Positions 62,527 through 64,000 of a stretch of DNA of 64,000 bases are shown piece by piece. Each line of letters begins with the position of its first letter. Position 1 is the first letter of the stretch. Below the pieces are notes generated by a model. The model saw nothing but the letters and a program-made list of their open reading frames with translations. It was not told the origin of the DNA and did not search any database. This stretch comes from an uncultured Bacteroides sp. (lineage in GTDB: Bacteria > Bacteroidota > Bacteroidia > Bacteroidales > SM23-62): the NCBI GenBank assembly GCA_964431315.1, contig CAYSJH010000015.1, forward strand, positions 8,352-72,351, in the 5' to 3' direction. The translations under genes were made by a program, and so were the position numbers.

Positions 62527-63456
62527 ATGACGCAAATGAATTTGATAGCAATTATCCTGGCCTTGGCATTTTTATCCTGCGATCCAGAGATCGCCGTCAC
62601 AACAATCACTGAAAATACAGACGGTACCTGGACAATGACCATGGGCAATGCCAGCCTAACCATCAATCCCAGCGACGGGGCAAAGGATATATCACTGAAG
62701 ATTAACGGTACGGAATTCCTTACCGGGAAAGAAGTAAGGAAACAGTATTACGGCAGTTCCCTGTGGCTGGCACCGCAAAAAAAATACTGGCCGCAACCGG
62801 ATCCGCTCGACTACGGAAATTATAAGGTTGAGAAAACCAACCACGGGCTGATCTTTAAAAGCGAGATGGACAGTAAGACCGGGTTCGGGTATACAAAATG
62901 CATTTTCCCAGATCCCGCGGACAAATCTTTCATACACCGCTATTCCATCCGGAATATTTCAGATACGTTAAAAAGCTTTGCCGCCTGGGAAGTCACCCGG
63001 CATCCTAAAACGGGACTCTCTGTGTTTCCCGAGGGTGACAGCACAGTCCCCGGAACCCGTTACCTTGACCCTTCCATTCCCATGTTGAAAAGCGATGGTA
63101 TGGTATGGCACAGCTACGATCCTTCACAAAAAAATCACCTCGGAAAGGGTTCCAAGGCCAATTTTGACGTAAAAAACGGGTGGGTTGCCTACATCCTCGG
63201 CAAACACGCGCTGGTTAAGATCTTCCCCGATGTGTCCCCGGCCAGAATGGTACCCGGCGAACTGGATGTGGAGATCTACGTGGACCGGCAGTATGACTAC
63301 ATCGAAATTGAGACCTTGAGCGAATTGGTGGAACTGGCACCGGGAGAAAGCTTTGACTGGCAGGTGGAATGGAAGATGCTGGAGATCCCGGAAAGTCTGG
63401 AAATCCGACCCGGAAATAAGAAGCTCGCAGGTTTTATTAAAAAGAACATCCGGTGA
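62527..63456 (+). CDS. hypothetical lipoprotein, possibly DUF4380/galactose-mutarotase-like
   Basis: It has a lipoprotein signal (MTQMNLIAIILALAFLSC). It is rich in beta-strands, and the blocks GSSLWLAPQKKYWPQPDPLDYG, AAWEVTRHP and YIEIETLSELVELAPGESF recall DUF4380 proteins of PULs. This is a recollection, not a search result. Confidence 0.4.
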   Translation: MTQMNLIAIILALAFLSCDPEIAVTTITENTDGTWTMTMGNASLTINPSDGAKDISLKINGTEFLTGKEVRKQYYGSSLWLAPQKKYWPQPDPLDYGNYKVEKTNHGLIFKSEMDSKTGFGYTKCIFPDPADKSFIHRYSIRNISDTLKSFAAWEVTRHPKTGLSVFPEGDSTVPGTRYLDPSIPMLKSDGMVWHSYDPSQKNHLGKGSKANFDVKNGWVAYILGKHALVKIFPDVSPARMVPGELDVEIYVDRQYDYIEIETLSELVELAPGESFDWQVEWKMLEIPESLEIRPGNKKLAGFIKKNIR

Positions 63457-63476
63457 GGGTACAATCAAACATTTAT

Positions 63477-64000
63477 ATGCTGACCATTCTGTTCTGCCTC
63501 GGCGCAGGATGTGCCCGGCAAACCATCAAAATTGATATCTGGTACGGGGACCACCAGACATTCGGTGTTCCCGGTAATCCACAGCGTGCTGTAAACATCC
63601 TCGGCAATGCTTCAGGAGAATACCCGCTTTCCAGGCTTGAATATTCCCTGAACGGCCAGGATTTCAAACCACTTTCAACCGGTCCGGACGGCAGGAGGCT
63701 TGCCAGGAAAGGAGACTTTAATTTGGAACTCTACCGCCATAAGCTGCTGGAAGGCAGGAACCGTTTATTCATCCGGGCCGTTGACTCGCTCGGGAATACC
63801 TCCGAAAAGGAAATTAAGATCAGCTACACCTCCGATCGGGTCTGGCCCCTTCCCTGCTATGTTGACTGGGCAGGCCCGGAACCTTCCGGGAGTCCTGCGG
63901 GAATTGTCCAGGACCGGGTATGCATCGTTGACGGCAAGTGGAGGCTGGAAGATGGCAGGATCCGTACGGCAGAATCCTATTACGACAGGGTGCTGGCATT
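63477..64000 (+). CDS. hypothetical lipoprotein, N-terminal part (continues beyond right edge)
   Basis: The ATG at 63477 opens a frame with no stop to the window end. Translation: MLTILFCLGAGCARQTIKIDIWYGDHQTFGVPGNPQRAVNILGN... It has a lipoprotein-type signal with Cys at residue 12. It is absent from the ORF track because it has no stop. Confidence 0.55.
   Translation, partial: MLTILFCLGAGCARQTIKIDIWYGDHQTFGVPGNPQRAVNILGNASGEYPLSRLEYSLNGQDFKPLSTGPDGRRLARKGDFNLELYRHKLLEGRNRLFIRAVDSLGNTSEKEIKISYTSDRVWPLPCYVDWAGPEPSGSPAGIVQDRVCIVDGKWRLEDGRIRTAESYYDRVLA

Noticed and set aside
1-64000. Search for rRNA, tRNA, CRISPR arrays and riboswitch-like leaders in intergenic DNA.
   Set aside because: Intergenic spacers are mostly under 80 nt. 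The few longer ones (23457-23646, 25846-26023, 38983-39140, 43383-43793, 47232-47420, 62379-62526) show no cloverleaf-compatible or repeat-spacer structure that I could recognise by eye.

Overview
This window is almost entirely one large Bacteroidota-type polysaccharide utilisation locus (PUL), about 96% coding. All family calls come from reading motifs in the supplied translations; no database search was possible. A hybrid two-component regulator (HTCS, 39141-43382, + strand) sits at the centre. To its left, on the minus strand, the gene order is susC-susC-susD-susD, then a beta-helix/Calx-beta protein with a T9SS sorting domain, then a gutted GH105 remnant. A visibly AT-rich HEPN/nucleotidyltransferase islet and a plus-strand GH29 fucosidase follow. 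Beyond these is a 15-gene co-directional minus-strand array: gluconolactonase-like T9SS cargo, sulfatase, an atypical MDR dehydrogenase, a TIM-barrel isomerase, a Gfo/Idh/MocA fragment, an SSS transporter, a large FAD oxidoreductase, three GH31 genes, sulfatase, a GHL6-like glycosidase, an esterase, sulfatase and DoxX. To the right of the HTCS, on the plus strand, lies a monocistronic gene for a triple Fn3+LamG T9SS protein with near-identical 1-kb tandem repeats. It is followed by an unassigned lipoprotein, a GH78-like protein, an AT-rich T9SS hypothetical, a clan-GH-A-like protein, a beta-helix protein, an MFS sugar porter, a UroD-like protein and a sulfatase-HEAT fusion. A frameshifted beta-helix lipoprotein and two further lipoproteins complete the window. 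I saw no rRNA, tRNA, CRISPR array, transposase or integrase. The most interesting signals are listed here. (1) A helically phased CAT(T/A)T triple repeat recurs in four promoter regions of the locus, and two of the copies lie at near-identical spacing from -7 boxes. (2) The susC-susC-susD-susD order is non-canonical, with 79% identical SusDs but divergent SusCs. (3) The Fn3/LamG repeat protein. (4) A cytoplasmic oxidoreductase/isomerase/transporter module of unknown chemistry. (5) Several decay and insertion scars.
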